DNA of 21,957 nucleotides, taken from IMG/VR virus record IMGVR_UViG_2606217100_000005. One strand, given 5' to 3'. The notes below the pieces were generated by a model, which saw only the letters and a list, made by a program, of their open reading frames with translations, made no database searches and was not told the DNA's origin. The DNA comes from a virus. Its lineage: Duplodnaviria > Heunggongvirae > Uroviricota > Caudoviricetes. This document shows, one piece after another, positions 8,191-15,721 of this stretch (positions within the stretch are counted from its first letter, which is position 1; each line of letters opens with the position of its first letter). The position numbers and the translations under genes were made by a program.

Positions 8191-9006
8191 ATGTTGCAAC
8201 CAGCAAAAAAAGCATCAGTTATTAGCGCGCGGCTAACTAAATACCTCAAAGATGGAGTGAGGATTGATGACTTTAGCTTTAGAAGGATGTTACGTGAGAT
8301 TGAAGCACTTAGAGATCCTGTCTCTGAGGACTATCTTTTAGCGTTGGTCTATGGTGCACATGGCCAAGTGAATGAGGCGATAGGCTTCTTTGAGCGTTCC
8401 TTGCAGGTATGCCATAATGAGGTTGTTGCAAAGAATTTTCTTGTTTTCTTGTCAGATTACGGTACGTTGAAGAAAAGCTTTGAAACAAGCATTAAGCTTG
8501 CTGAAAGCTTCATATCCCCGTTTATTTATCTTCAAGCTTATGAAAACTCCCTCTTTATGGGGAAGATGGCGTTGGCGGAGAAGTATTTCCAGTCATACTC
8601 TAAATTGTTCGGAGATAAGGAGCCTGAAAAAATGGACAACAATCTTGATGAAGTTGTTTCCCAGGTCGAATCCTTTAAGCAACGTGCCGATCTTTCTGGT
8701 TTAGAATATGAACTTATTTTCAATAATGTAGCCAATGTCATGGATTCTCAGAAGGTTCATCTTTCGGGAATGCGTTTTTATAATATTTCGGAAGAGAAAG
8801 TGAATGCGATTGTATTCATGACAAAGTCTTCTGATGCTGAACAAATCGCTGATATGAATATTGAGCTTGCTTTTTCAATGGCTGAGCACGATTGTTTAGT
8901 CGGTAAAGATTTTGCTGTTTGGTTTGAATGTAAAGACACACATATTGAGCAGAATGCTATCTCCGAATTAGGTCTGATTACCCGGAGGGTTGCACATGCC
9001 GGTTAA
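8191..9006 (+). CDS. Hypothetical protein, 271 aa (no family recognised)
   Basis: Long ORF with ATG start and AAGG upstream; predicted helical, AT-rich; its last 11 nt overlap the next ORF. Confidence 0.6.
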   Translation: MLQPAKKASVISARLTKYLKDGVRIDDFSFRRMLREIEALRDPVSEDYLLALVYGAHGQVNEAIGFFERSLQVCHNEVVAKNFLVFLSDYGTLKKSFETSIKLAESFISPFIYLQAYENSLFMGKMALAEKYFQSYSKLFGDKEPEKMDNNLDEVVSQVESFKQRADLSGLEYELIFNNVANVMDSQKVHLSGMRFYNISEEKVNAIVFMTKSSDAEQIADMNIELAFSMAEHDCLVGKDFAVWFECKDTHIEQNAISELGLITRRVAHAG

Positions 9007-9379
9007 TAGTCAAGATTTTCTCGGTTTTGCAAAAGACTGTCATCAACGTAATGACGAAATCGGCTATCGAAATGCTATAGCAAGATCCTACTATGGCGCT
9101 TACCATCATGTCTTGCCTTGTATGGTAAACGGGCCGAAAGACAGTCATCAGGGGCTAATCAATTATTTGCAGGGCGATGCTTCAAGAGGAAGTGAAGTAT
9201 ATGAAGCTAGATATCTAAAAGGGATTAGTTTTATCCTGAGTCAACTTAAAGCTCAGAGGATTGTTGCAGACTATCGACTTGATCAATCGGTCACTTCTAA
9301 ACAGTCTGAAGTTGCGATTCTAACAACTGAGAGGCTCTTTGCTAAGTGTACGGAAATGCTTAAATCGAGAGCCTCCTAA
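8996..9379 (+). CDS. Hypothetical protein, 127 aa from ATG 8996 (ORF opens at TTG 8990); contains an Rx6H motif (RSYYGAYH)
   Basis: GGAGGG lies 6 nt upstream of ATG 8996. The Rx4-6H pattern is the HEPN signature, but that assignment is speculative. Ends at an intrinsic terminator. Confidence 0.55.
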   Translation: MPVNSQDFLGFAKDCHQRNDEIGYRNAIARSYYGAYHHVLPCMVNGPKDSHQGLINYLQGDASRGSEVYEARYLKGISFILSQLKAQRIVADYRLDQSVTSKQSEVAILTTERLFAKCTEMLKSRAS

Positions 9380-9385
9380 TTGATA

Positions 9386-9411
9386 AAGCCACTTAAGTGG
9401 CTTTTTTTGTG
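9386..9411. terminator. Bidirectional intrinsic terminator (AAGCCACTTAAGTGGCTT + T-run)
   Basis: 18-bp palindrome followed by TTTTTGTG on the plus strand; the stop codon of the minus-strand int gene lies inside the stem. Confidence 0.7.
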
Positions 9412-10565
9412 ATATTGCTGGTCGTATTACCGTCATATTCCTTTAAATATGAACCATAATGACGAAATAACATTTCCGGCCCTTTATGCCCCATTTGAGC
9501 TGCAAGCCAAAACAGGTTTGCTCCCCGGCTGATATGGCGGGTGGCGAATGTATGCCTAGTTTGATATGGATTTCTGTAACGAATACCTGCTTTTCGCAAT
9601 GTTGGCACCCATGCTTTTTTCCTGATTGCATCAGCACTTGCCCAAGGCTTATTGGTCTTTGGATCTTCAAAGACAGTAGTATCCTTCATGAATGTAAATG
9701 GCTTCTGATTTATCAGCGCCAACATTGCCTCTTCTGTCAGTTCAACTTTCCGAGTACCTGCTTTTGTCTTTGTCCCTTTGATAACACCGACAACACTTGC
9801 GCTCTGGACATGGGCAGTTTTTCCAACAAAGTCGATATCACGCCATCGAAGGGCACATAATTCAGAACTACGCAGGCCTGTATGTATAGCGAACCGGAAC
9901 AGATTTTCCCATTGTTTGTTTCCGGCTGCTGCTAGTAATGCATCAACTTCTGCTGGTGATAGCGGATCAACTACGTAGCTGCTTTCTGCTTCTGACTTAT
10001 CACTTTGGTAGCGCGAAGCTGTTACTAACGATACGGGGTTAATTTGAAGTACCCCATCGGTCACGGCTTCATCAAGTGCTGACCGCAGGAAAGATAACTG
10101 GTTGCGAATTGTTTTTAAGGTCGTTTTCTGATTTTGAATCCACGCTTTCAGGGTTGCTGGTGTTAATTCACTTGCAGGGCAAATGTGAAGTGAGGCTAAC
10201 GCACTACGGCATTTTTTATAGCCACCAATCGTAGAGGGTGAAAGTTTTCTTGTTTCGCAGATTTCAAGATATTCGTCCAGGTACATCTTTACCGTTTTGC
10301 CTGCAGCAGCATTACCAAAAATTTTCAAACGAGCAGAACGGGGAAAATATTCTGCATAAATGAATGTTCCCCTTTCGATCTTATTATGGATTTCGCCGAG
10401 TGTACGCTCGGCGTATTTAATGTTCTTTGGTGTTACTTCCAGATTGGAAAGCGGCTCACGACATCTAACTCCTTTGTAGGTGAAAGTTATATTGATCGTT
10501 TCTCCCTGGCGGTGTTTCCTGATTGTTACGCCGCGCGGTAGTTTGAGCAGTTTTGTCTGGCCCAT
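9393..10565 (-). CDS. Tyrosine integrase, lambdoid type, 390 aa
   Basis: N-terminus MGQTKLLKLPRGVTIRKHRQGETINITFTYKGVRCRE (arm-binding domain of lambdoid integrases); C-terminal RHTFATRHISRGANLFWLAAQMGHKGPEMLFRHYGSY has the catalytic R/H/Y region. Confidence 0.85.
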   Translation of the reverse strand: MGQTKLLKLPRGVTIRKHRQGETINITFTYKGVRCREPLSNLEVTPKNIKYAERTLGEIHNKIERGTFIYAEYFPRSARLKIFGNAAAGKTVKMYLDEYLEICETRKLSPSTIGGYKKCRSALASLHICPASELTPATLKAWIQNQKTTLKTIRNQLSFLRSALDEAVTDGVLQINPVSLVTASRYQSDKSEAESSYVVDPLSPAEVDALLAAAGNKQWENLFRFAIHTGLRSSELCALRWRDIDFVGKTAHVQSASVVGVIKGTKTKAGTRKVELTEEAMLALINQKPFTFMKDTTVFEDPKTNKPWASADAIRKKAWVPTLRKAGIRYRNPYQTRHTFATRHISRGANLFWLAAQMGHKGPEMLFRHYGSYLKEYDGNTTSNITKKAT

Positions 10566-10771
10566 TTTGCAACCTCACTAAGATCAATCCACCTCTCCTT
10601 AACGCCTTCAACCTTTAAAACCTGAACACCTTCACGCCAAACACCGCGCTGTACACGTTTGTTTATTGCTTCAGGAGTTTCGCCAGTTTCTTTGCAATAA
10701 GTTGAGATAGGAACACAATCGAGGTTCAGCATACGTTTCTCCATTATCCCGTCTGCACACGGGAGCAACAT
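10526..10771 (-). CDS. Excisionase-like small DNA-binding protein; probable start at ATG 10732 (68 aa); overlaps int start by 40 nt
   Basis: Position and overlap with int are as in lambdoid xis-int pairs. GGAGAAA precedes the third in-frame ATG. Family assignment is by context and size, not a recognised motif. Confidence 0.5.
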   Translation of the reverse strand: MLLPCADGIMEKRMLNLDCVPISTYCKETGETPEAINKRVQRGVWREGVQVLKVEGVKERWIDLSEVAKWARQNCSNYRAA

Positions 10772-10773
10772 TA

Positions 10774-11640
10774 TTAACGAATAGTGTCGTTACTTTGAAG
10801 TACAGCAAATGCCATTAATACTTCTAAAGTATATCTTCTATAAAATTTAACAAAACCAACATAGAAAACATAGACGAAGAAAAAGCTAAGCATTATTGAA
10901 AGTAAACTATAAAGATAATCACTATGAGTACATAATCGATAAATAAAGGTTGGAACTGATACCCAAAATGAAATTATAAAGATTAAACATATGTTTCTGC
11001 AAAAACCATATAATGCAACATAGTTTTGAATTTTTGTTTGATGTTGTTTTGAAAACTCATAAACATAATGATATGCCAATCTGAAGAGATCATCATCAAG
11101 TCCGTTTTTATCTTGTAATAATTGGCGATTTGTTATGAACTTTTTCTCATAACCTTCTTTGATCATTAACCATGTTGTATTAGCTAAATGAAATGGTAGA
11201 GATTGAGAATAACATAGTTTTTGTGTTATAAAATCCCATAGTATTATTGGGCATAATACGCATTTGATTATGCGATTCTTTATTTTTGTTTTTTTATCAG
11301 CGCTTCTCTCATCGCATGATGGGCTACAAATGCTTTCTGAGGTATCTATCAATTTTTTAAATAGATATTTGGAAGGATATCCTAATTCTTTATTCATGTA
11401 TTTTTCGATAAAAAATGCTGACGTGATAGAAATAAAATGTCCAGCTATATAAGATATAATAACTATTGAAGCGTAGTTCAAAATGCCAAAGATTTGACTT
11501 TGACCTCTGAGCAATTCACTTAAGTCAATAACAATATCTAGATCGAATGTCAAACCACAGAAATACATTAATAGGATAAAAAAACCACCTGGTATTAAAT
11601 ATCCAAGAAAGTCATAGAATGAGAATGGATTTTGATTCAT
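10774..11640 (-). CDS. Polytopic membrane protein, 288 aa from ATG 11640 (ORF opens at TTG 11664)
   Basis: At least four hydrophobic helix-length segments (FLGYLIPGGFFILLMYFCGLTF, ILNYASIVIISYIAGHFISITSAFFI, ICLIFIISFWVSVPTFI, LLSIMLSFFFVYVFYVGFV). GGAGAG 5 nt upstream of the ATG. Strongly AT-rich compared with flanking prophage genes. Confidence 0.6.
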   Translation of the reverse strand: MNQNPFSFYDFLGYLIPGGFFILLMYFCGLTFDLDIVIDLSELLRGQSQIFGILNYASIVIISYIAGHFISITSAFFIEKYMNKELGYPSKYLFKKLIDTSESICSPSCDERSADKKTKIKNRIIKCVLCPIILWDFITQKLCYSQSLPFHLANTTWLMIKEGYEKKFITNRQLLQDKNGLDDDLFRLAYHYVYEFSKQHQTKIQNYVALYGFCRNICLIFIISFWVSVPTFIYRLCTHSDYLYSLLSIMLSFFFVYVFYVGFVKFYRRYTLEVLMAFAVLQSNDTIR

Positions 11641-11748
11641 TGTTGCTCTCCAATAATTTTTCAATTTGTAATATAACCTATATCTATATGTTAATAAATT
11701 ACTTATATGTTCTTTTATGGCAGAGTTTGAATTCGTACGTGCTGATTT

Positions 11749-12285
11749 TTACGACTCAGTTAACTCTTTAAAGCGTTCCATAAACATCCCATAGGTATGG
11801 CCTGGCGACAGTGGAATAACTTTGAACATCTCTGTTGCCGGGATACCTTCCAGTACGGGCCAGAAAGAGCCATCATCAAGCCCGAGATCGCGGCGTTCGG
11901 TTGCCAGCATGATGAGATCGGCATATTTCACGGGCGTACTCATAACCGGGGGTAACCCGTATTTCTCACGGATTACGGCGTCTATTTTTTCTTCCATCCG
12001 TTTATAGTCAGGAAGAAGGCGTTTCAGTGGAGCCGGGATGTCCTGGCAATACGCTTCTGTTGCATCATGCATTAACGCTTCAAAAGCAAATTCCTGCGGT
12101 ACCAGCTGGCTGCAAAGCACCGCATGTTGGGCGACGCTGTAGAAGTGTGAAAGATGGCCGGCAAAGCGACAGATATTTGAAAGGGAAACCGCGATATCGT
12201 TAATATCGATGTTGTCTTTATTTATCCTGTCATAATAAAAATGTTTCCCGGAAAAAGTTTTAATAAATGACATTTTGTTCTCCAC
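11749..12285 (-). CDS. yfdR: HD-domain phosphohydrolase, YfdR-like 5'-deoxynucleotidase; ATG at 12273, ORF opens at GTG 12285
   Basis: HD-domain residues (H...HAVL...MHDATEAY...D). Size and neighbourhood match the CPS-53 prophage yfdP-yfdQ-yfdR block as recalled. Confidence 0.65.
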   Translation of the reverse strand: MENKMSFIKTFSGKHFYYDRINKDNIDINDIAVSLSNICRFAGHLSHFYSVAQHAVLCSQLVPQEFAFEALMHDATEAYCQDIPAPLKRLLPDYKRMEEKIDAVIREKYGLPPVMSTPVKYADLIMLATERRDLGLDDGSFWPVLEGIPATEMFKVIPLSPGHTYGMFMERFKELTES

Positions 12286-12401
12286 GTTATATGCGCTGCA
12301 CCGCGCTGAATTTTGGTTAAAGAAAACCCTCGCCTTCAGGCGATTATTGAGTCAATTACGTTTCCATAAATGCCCCCGCAGGGGCATTTGCAGTAATGAA
12401 A

Positions 12402-13226
12402 TCAGGCGGTGAAAGTCCCAATAAAGGTTTCTACTTTGCTGTCCTTGAATTTCTCAACAAGCAGATCACGAAATTCGTTAGCCATATCTTCCTGCACCGC
12501 TTCCAGCTGAATAATGCGCAGAACCAGTACAGGACGATCGCCAGTGATAATGCTGAGGCGTAATTTAAACGGACGTTCTTTCAGACCTTCAAACGGAACG
12601 CATTTAAACTCAAATGCCACTGGCATAATGTCTTTGGTCTTCGCTTCGACAGACTCCATCAGGGAGCGTTTGCCGCTGAAGTCATTATCTTCAAAATCAG
12701 CAGTCTGGTTTGCTTCAATCGTGATTTTACGGACCGCCGCAGCCGCTTTTGTTGCCTGAATGGTGTCACCATTAGCATCAAAGCCCACAAGGTAGTCGGC
12801 CCAGTCTTCGATCCATTCTGCCAGTGACTTCTGGGAGTTACGCTCGCCGTTAACAGACAACAGAGCAGAGAACGGTGCTGTCTTTTTCAGTTTGAGAGTG
12901 GCAGTGTTATCTGCGTGACCTGGCTCATCAATAGTACCCAGGTTAAGCACACTGACGGCACGCATATTATCGGCATCGATAAAGCAGCGGGTGCCTTCAT
13001 CTGCAAGATCTTTAGAATAACGGGTAAAATCATCGATGCTGGCAGTGGAAAGTGCACCACGGAAACGGAAGCGATTTAAATTAAATTTTTCCAGATCATG
13101 AATGCGGAAATTCTCAGGCAATGCCACAGCATCGGCACCAATCTTACTGATAATTTCATTAACACCCTGAGCAGAAATAAGGGCATGGATTTGATTAATT
13201 GCGGTTGCGTCTAAGTTCTGAGACAT
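12402..13226 (-). CDS. yfdQ: Prophage early protein, YfdQ-like, 274 aa
   Basis: 274-aa ORF with GAGGA RBS, sitting between the YfdP-like and YfdR-like genes. Assignment is by size and synteny recall, not motif. Confidence 0.5.
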   Translation of the reverse strand: MSQNLDATAINQIHALISAQGVNEIISKIGADAVALPENFRIHDLEKFNLNRFRFRGALSTASIDDFTRYSKDLADEGTRCFIDADNMRAVSVLNLGTIDEPGHADNTATLKLKKTAPFSALLSVNGERNSQKSLAEWIEDWADYLVGFDANGDTIQATKAAAAVRKITIEANQTADFEDNDFSGKRSLMESVEAKTKDIMPVAFEFKCVPFEGLKERPFKLRLSIITGDRPVLVLRIIQLEAVQEDMANEFRDLLVEKFKDSKVETFIGTFTA

Positions 13227-13291
13227 AATAAGTCCTCACTATATAAAGATATTCAGTGATGAGATAAATAATCAGTTTATTACGAACGATA

Positions 13292-13654
13292 TTAACGACC
13301 TGCTGCGCGGAGTTTTCCGTCAGGTTCACCGGCAAGAGTCAGTAATTGTCCCTGGTCTTCCTGCAGAATAGTCAGGCGACCACCGCGATTGACATACATC
13401 GGCGTTTCGGTGGTGTCTTCTTCGGAAATTTTCCCGCGGTTAGTTGGGCGAACATATGAGAGTTTGTGTTTGATTTTCACACGGTTCTCATCAAACGGTT
13501 CGATTTCCAGATTGAGTGAGACCTTCCCTTTGGTTTTCGTGTTCATCACACCGGAAGCGACCTCACTGAGAACTGCGCCGATTTTGGTTTCAAATACGCC
13601 GCCGTCCAGCTCCCCGATAAATGCCTGCACATCAGTACTGCGTTCGCTAGCCAT
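13292..13654 (-). CDS. yfdP: Prophage early protein, YfdP-like, 120 aa (start at ATG 13654, not the 175-aa extended ORF)
   Basis: GAGGAG 8 nt upstream of the ATG at 13654. The upstream in-frame extension is low-complexity and crosses an inverted repeat. Confidence 0.5.
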   Translation of the reverse strand: MASERSTDVQAFIGELDGGVFETKIGAVLSEVASGVMNTKTKGKVSLNLEIEPFDENRVKIKHKLSYVRPTNRGKISEEDTTETPMYVNRGGRLTILQEDQGQLLTLAGEPDGKLRAAGR

Positions 13655-13703
13655 TTTGCTGCTCCTCATCATATCGACCCTGCAAGGTCGGTTGGTTTCT
13701 CCA

Positions 13704-13790
13704 CAAAACAGAGAAGAACACCTGCGGTGGCAGCCGCCCGGATGGATTGGGTTATGAGCCCGTCGTCCGGTGATGCTCTTCTCTGTTTTG
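13704..13790. repeat. 14-bp inverted repeat CAAAACAGAGAAGA / TCTTCTCTGTTTTG enclosing a 59-nt GC-rich segment
   Basis: Read directly at 13704-13717 and 13777-13790. Lies in an apparently non-coding GC-rich tract with no protein-like ORF in any frame. Confidence 0.8.
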
Positions 13791-13800
13791 CAAAAAAGGA

Positions 13801-13837
13801 CGGTACCAGCCGGAAGCAAGGGTACAAACTGGTACCG
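13801..13837. repeat. 9-bp inverted repeat CGGTACCAG / CTGGTACCG with 19-nt spacer
   Basis: Read directly at 13801-13809 and 13829-13837. Contains GGTACA, the motif repeated in the immunity-region operators. Confidence 0.8.
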
Positions 13838-14092
13838 CCAGGACTACACACAGCATAAAGTTGTGGTGCCGGGTGCCTCCCGGTGCCTGGCGAAGGTTGC
13901 ACACTAGGCGGGTGGGTATCCACAGAAGGTCGACTGTCAGCCTCAACCTTAACCCGCGTACGCTGAGCCGCATTCACCACAACGCTAAGGATTCTCTCTG
14001 GTTGAAAATACTTAGCTGTTATGTGCCTGTCTTTTCACCACTTCAGGCTCGGTGGTATCCTTTTAAGCCCGTATACATAAAAGGAAAATCAA

Positions 14093-14338
14093 ATGACTTT
14101 TGATGAAAAAGGACTTGATAATGCAATTAATAAAATCATCGTAACGTCGCTCTTTTCCTGTCTCAGCGACACTCAGCAGAAACAGTTCTACGAATCGGCT
14201 TTCAACATGATCGAGCGTTGTTGTTTCTGCGATGCCGACGAGTTACCTGAAAAAATCAGGAAACAGTTGGCTGATGCTCTTCGAGTGCGACTTTCTGACC
14301 AATTTTCTGAAATGTGCTCTCCGAATTTGGACAAATAG
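14093..14338 (+). CDS. Hypothetical small protein, 81 aa
   Basis: ATG with AAGGA 8 nt upstream; charged, helical-looking sequence. It is antisense to the PL-like operon and overlaps the 14256-14531 ORF by 83 nt, so one of the two may be spurious. Confidence 0.4.
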   Translation: MTFDEKGLDNAINKIIVTSLFSCLSDTQQKQFYESAFNMIERCCFCDADELPEKIRKQLADALRVRLSDQFSEMCSPNLDK

Positions 14339-14531
14339 AAAAAGGCCATTTCCATTCAGGGTCTGATGGAAATACTTCAGCCTGTTCCAAAGCACGGCGT
14401 AAAGAGAACACAACTCCAGCCATAATCTGATGTTTCCCATTGGTCCAGCTATCGCCGCTCTGATCTACAGGGGCGGCTATGTCGTATGACCAAACGACTT
14501 TACAGTTATTGTTTAAAATCTGGACTTTCAT
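14256..14531 (-). CDS. Hypothetical protein, 91 aa; first ORF downstream of the PL-like promoter
   Basis: ATG 14531 preceded by AGGTG; position matches the N slot of lambdoid phages, but the sequence is not arginine-rich and was not recognised. Confidence 0.45.
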   Translation of the reverse strand: MKVQILNNNCKVVWSYDIAAPVDQSGDSWTNGKHQIMAGVVFSLRRALEQAEVFPSDPEWKWPFSICPNSESTFQKIGQKVALEEHQPTVS

Positions 14532-14657
14532 TTCATACACCTGCTTTAACATGAGTGCCTAGTGGCACAACATGACTCAACGAATCATCCTGGACTTCAT
14601 ATGCCCCAAGCGGCTACTTCGTGGGCGTCCTGCCTGTTCGTTGTTTCTCTTGGGTAC

Positions 14658-14685
14658 ATTATGTATCTCAAAGGTACATTGTCAA
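14658..14685 (-). promoter_or_regulatory. Sigma70-type promoter (PL-like): -35 TTGACA, 16-nt spacer, -10 CATAAT, flanked by GGTACATT operator-like repeats at 14653 and 14673
   Basis: Minus-strand reading of 14680-14685 is TTGACA and of 14658-14663 is CATAAT. Sits immediately downstream of the cI terminator, as lambda PL/OL does. Confidence 0.55.
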
Positions 14686-14687
14686 GT

Positions 14688-14712
14688 ATAAAAAAACCTG
14701 CCGAAGCAGGTT
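14688..14712 (-). terminator. Intrinsic terminator after the cI-like gene (stem AACCUGC, UUCG loop, U7 tail)
   Basis: Plus strand AAAAAAACCTGCCGAAGCAGGTT; on the minus strand this is a 7-bp stem with UUCG tetraloop and a run of seven U, starting about 10 nt after the cI stop. Confidence 0.75.
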
Positions 14713-14724
14713 CATAAACATTGA

Positions 14725-15399
14725 TTAGGCTTTGATTTTGTATCTTCTTGGTTTTCCTGAGAAAATCACTGTACCAATTATAGAGCAATTACCGTTGATC
14801 TTAATGTAAGGCTCAGGCCAGTTTGGGTTTAACGCTTTGAGATAACGCTGTGTCCCATCTTCTATTAACCTTTTGAAGGTGGTTTCACCTGTATCGTGCA
14901 TCAATGCAATAACGTCGTCACCGTGGCAGGCAGGTACTTCAGGATCGACAAAAATCATGTCTCCCGGGCGGTACTCATCAATCATTGAATCACCTATCAC
15001 CCGCAAGATATAAGTCATTTCCCCACAGGGTACAGGGCAGGGATACGTTTCTGCTGTGCTCAAATCAACCTCAGAATATCCAACTTCTTTCCATGCTCCG
15101 GCCTGTACCCATGATATGACAGGGACTAATGTGATTTGTTTATTAGTGATTGAAACATCAGGTTTTTTTGTGATGTTCGTTGTCTGGTGTTCTTGATCGA
15201 GCCATCCGACAGGTAGGTCGAAACATTTTTCGATGTGTCGTGCCATGCTGTCACCGATATTTTTAGTAGCACCATCTCCCATAAACCTGCTGGTCTGGGT
15301 TGGCTCGCGATCAATCATAGTGGCAAAGGAAGAATTCCCGCCAACACCATCTCTCAGTTTTCTGGCGTTAGACCGCCGGATGTCATGGATTGTTTTCAT
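14725..15399 (-). CDS. CI-like prophage repressor, N-terminal HTH plus C-terminal S24 (LexA-type) peptidase domain, 224 aa
   Basis: C-terminal VIGDSMIDEYRPGDMIFVDPE...FKRL has the Ser/Lys dyad context of S24 autoproteases; divergent from a Cro-like gene. Confidence 0.85.
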   Translation of the reverse strand: MKTIHDIRRSNARKLRDGVGGNSSFATMIDREPTQTSRFMGDGATKNIGDSMARHIEKCFDLPVGWLDQEHQTTNITKKPDVSITNKQITLVPVISWVQAGAWKEVGYSEVDLSTAETYPCPVPCGEMTYILRVIGDSMIDEYRPGDMIFVDPEVPACHGDDVIALMHDTGETTFKRLIEDGTQRYLKALNPNWPEPYIKINGNCSIIGTVIFSGKPRRYKIKA

Positions 15400-15489
15400 A
15401 ACGAAATTAAAACCCTTGTACCGTTAAGGTACAAGTATCTTGAAGGTTCATTTCAATCATGTAATATGTACACCGGAGGTACATGTTGT
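15400..15489. promoter_or_regulatory. Divergent OR-like control region with a 21-bp palindrome CTTGTACC-GTTAA-GGTACAAG (15415-15435), candidate PR (-35 TTGAAG 15440-15445, -10 TAATAT 15462-15467) and candidate leaderless PRM
   Basis: Palindrome and GGTACA half-sites read directly (also GGTACATG at 15477). cro RBS GGAGG at 15475-15479. Promoter assignments are by consensus matching only. Confidence 0.5.
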
Positions 15490-15690
15490 ATGAAAGCGTA
15501 TTGGGACTCTTTAACCAAAGAACAGCAGGGCGAGTTGGCCGGAAAAGTTGGCTCAACACCTGGCTACTTACGGCTGGTTTTCAATGGTTATAAAAAAGCC
15601 AGTTTTGTGCTGGCTAAAAAACTTGAGCAATGCACGTCAGGTGCAATTACGAAATCTGACTTAAGACCGGATATCTATCCGAAAGATTAA
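15490..15690 (+). CDS. Cro-like / YdaS-family HTH protein, 66 aa (ORF opens earlier at 15235 but the ATG at 15490 has the RBS)
   Basis: MKAYWDSLTKEQQGELAGKVGSTPGYLRLVFNGYK...DLRPDI resembles the Rac YdaS-type Cro-like proteins as recalled; divergent from cI. Confidence 0.7.
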   Translation: MKAYWDSLTKEQQGELAGKVGSTPGYLRLVFNGYKKASFVLAKKLEQCTSGAITKSDLRPDIYPKD

Positions 15691-15721
15691 CAGAACACCT
15701 TCAATTTTTAACCACAGAACG

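Noticed and set aside
9443-9978. ORFs overlapping the lambdoid integrase (9443-9670, 9486-9860, 9778-9978)
   Set aside because: All lie within or antisense to the integrase coding sequence; composition is not protein-like.
13292-13819. 175-aa extended version of the YfdP-like ORF
   Set aside because: The N-terminal 55 residues are low-complexity, cross the 14-bp inverted repeat, and an internal ATG at 13654 has a good GAGGAG RBS and gives the expected 120-aa product.
13655-14092. Retron msr/msd non-coding RNA, suggested by flanking inverted repeats in a GC-rich non-coding tract
   Set aside because: No reverse transcriptase ORF (no YxDD-containing protein of about 300 aa) is adjacent; the neighbouring ORFs are YfdP/YfdQ-like and unrelated to reverse transcriptases.
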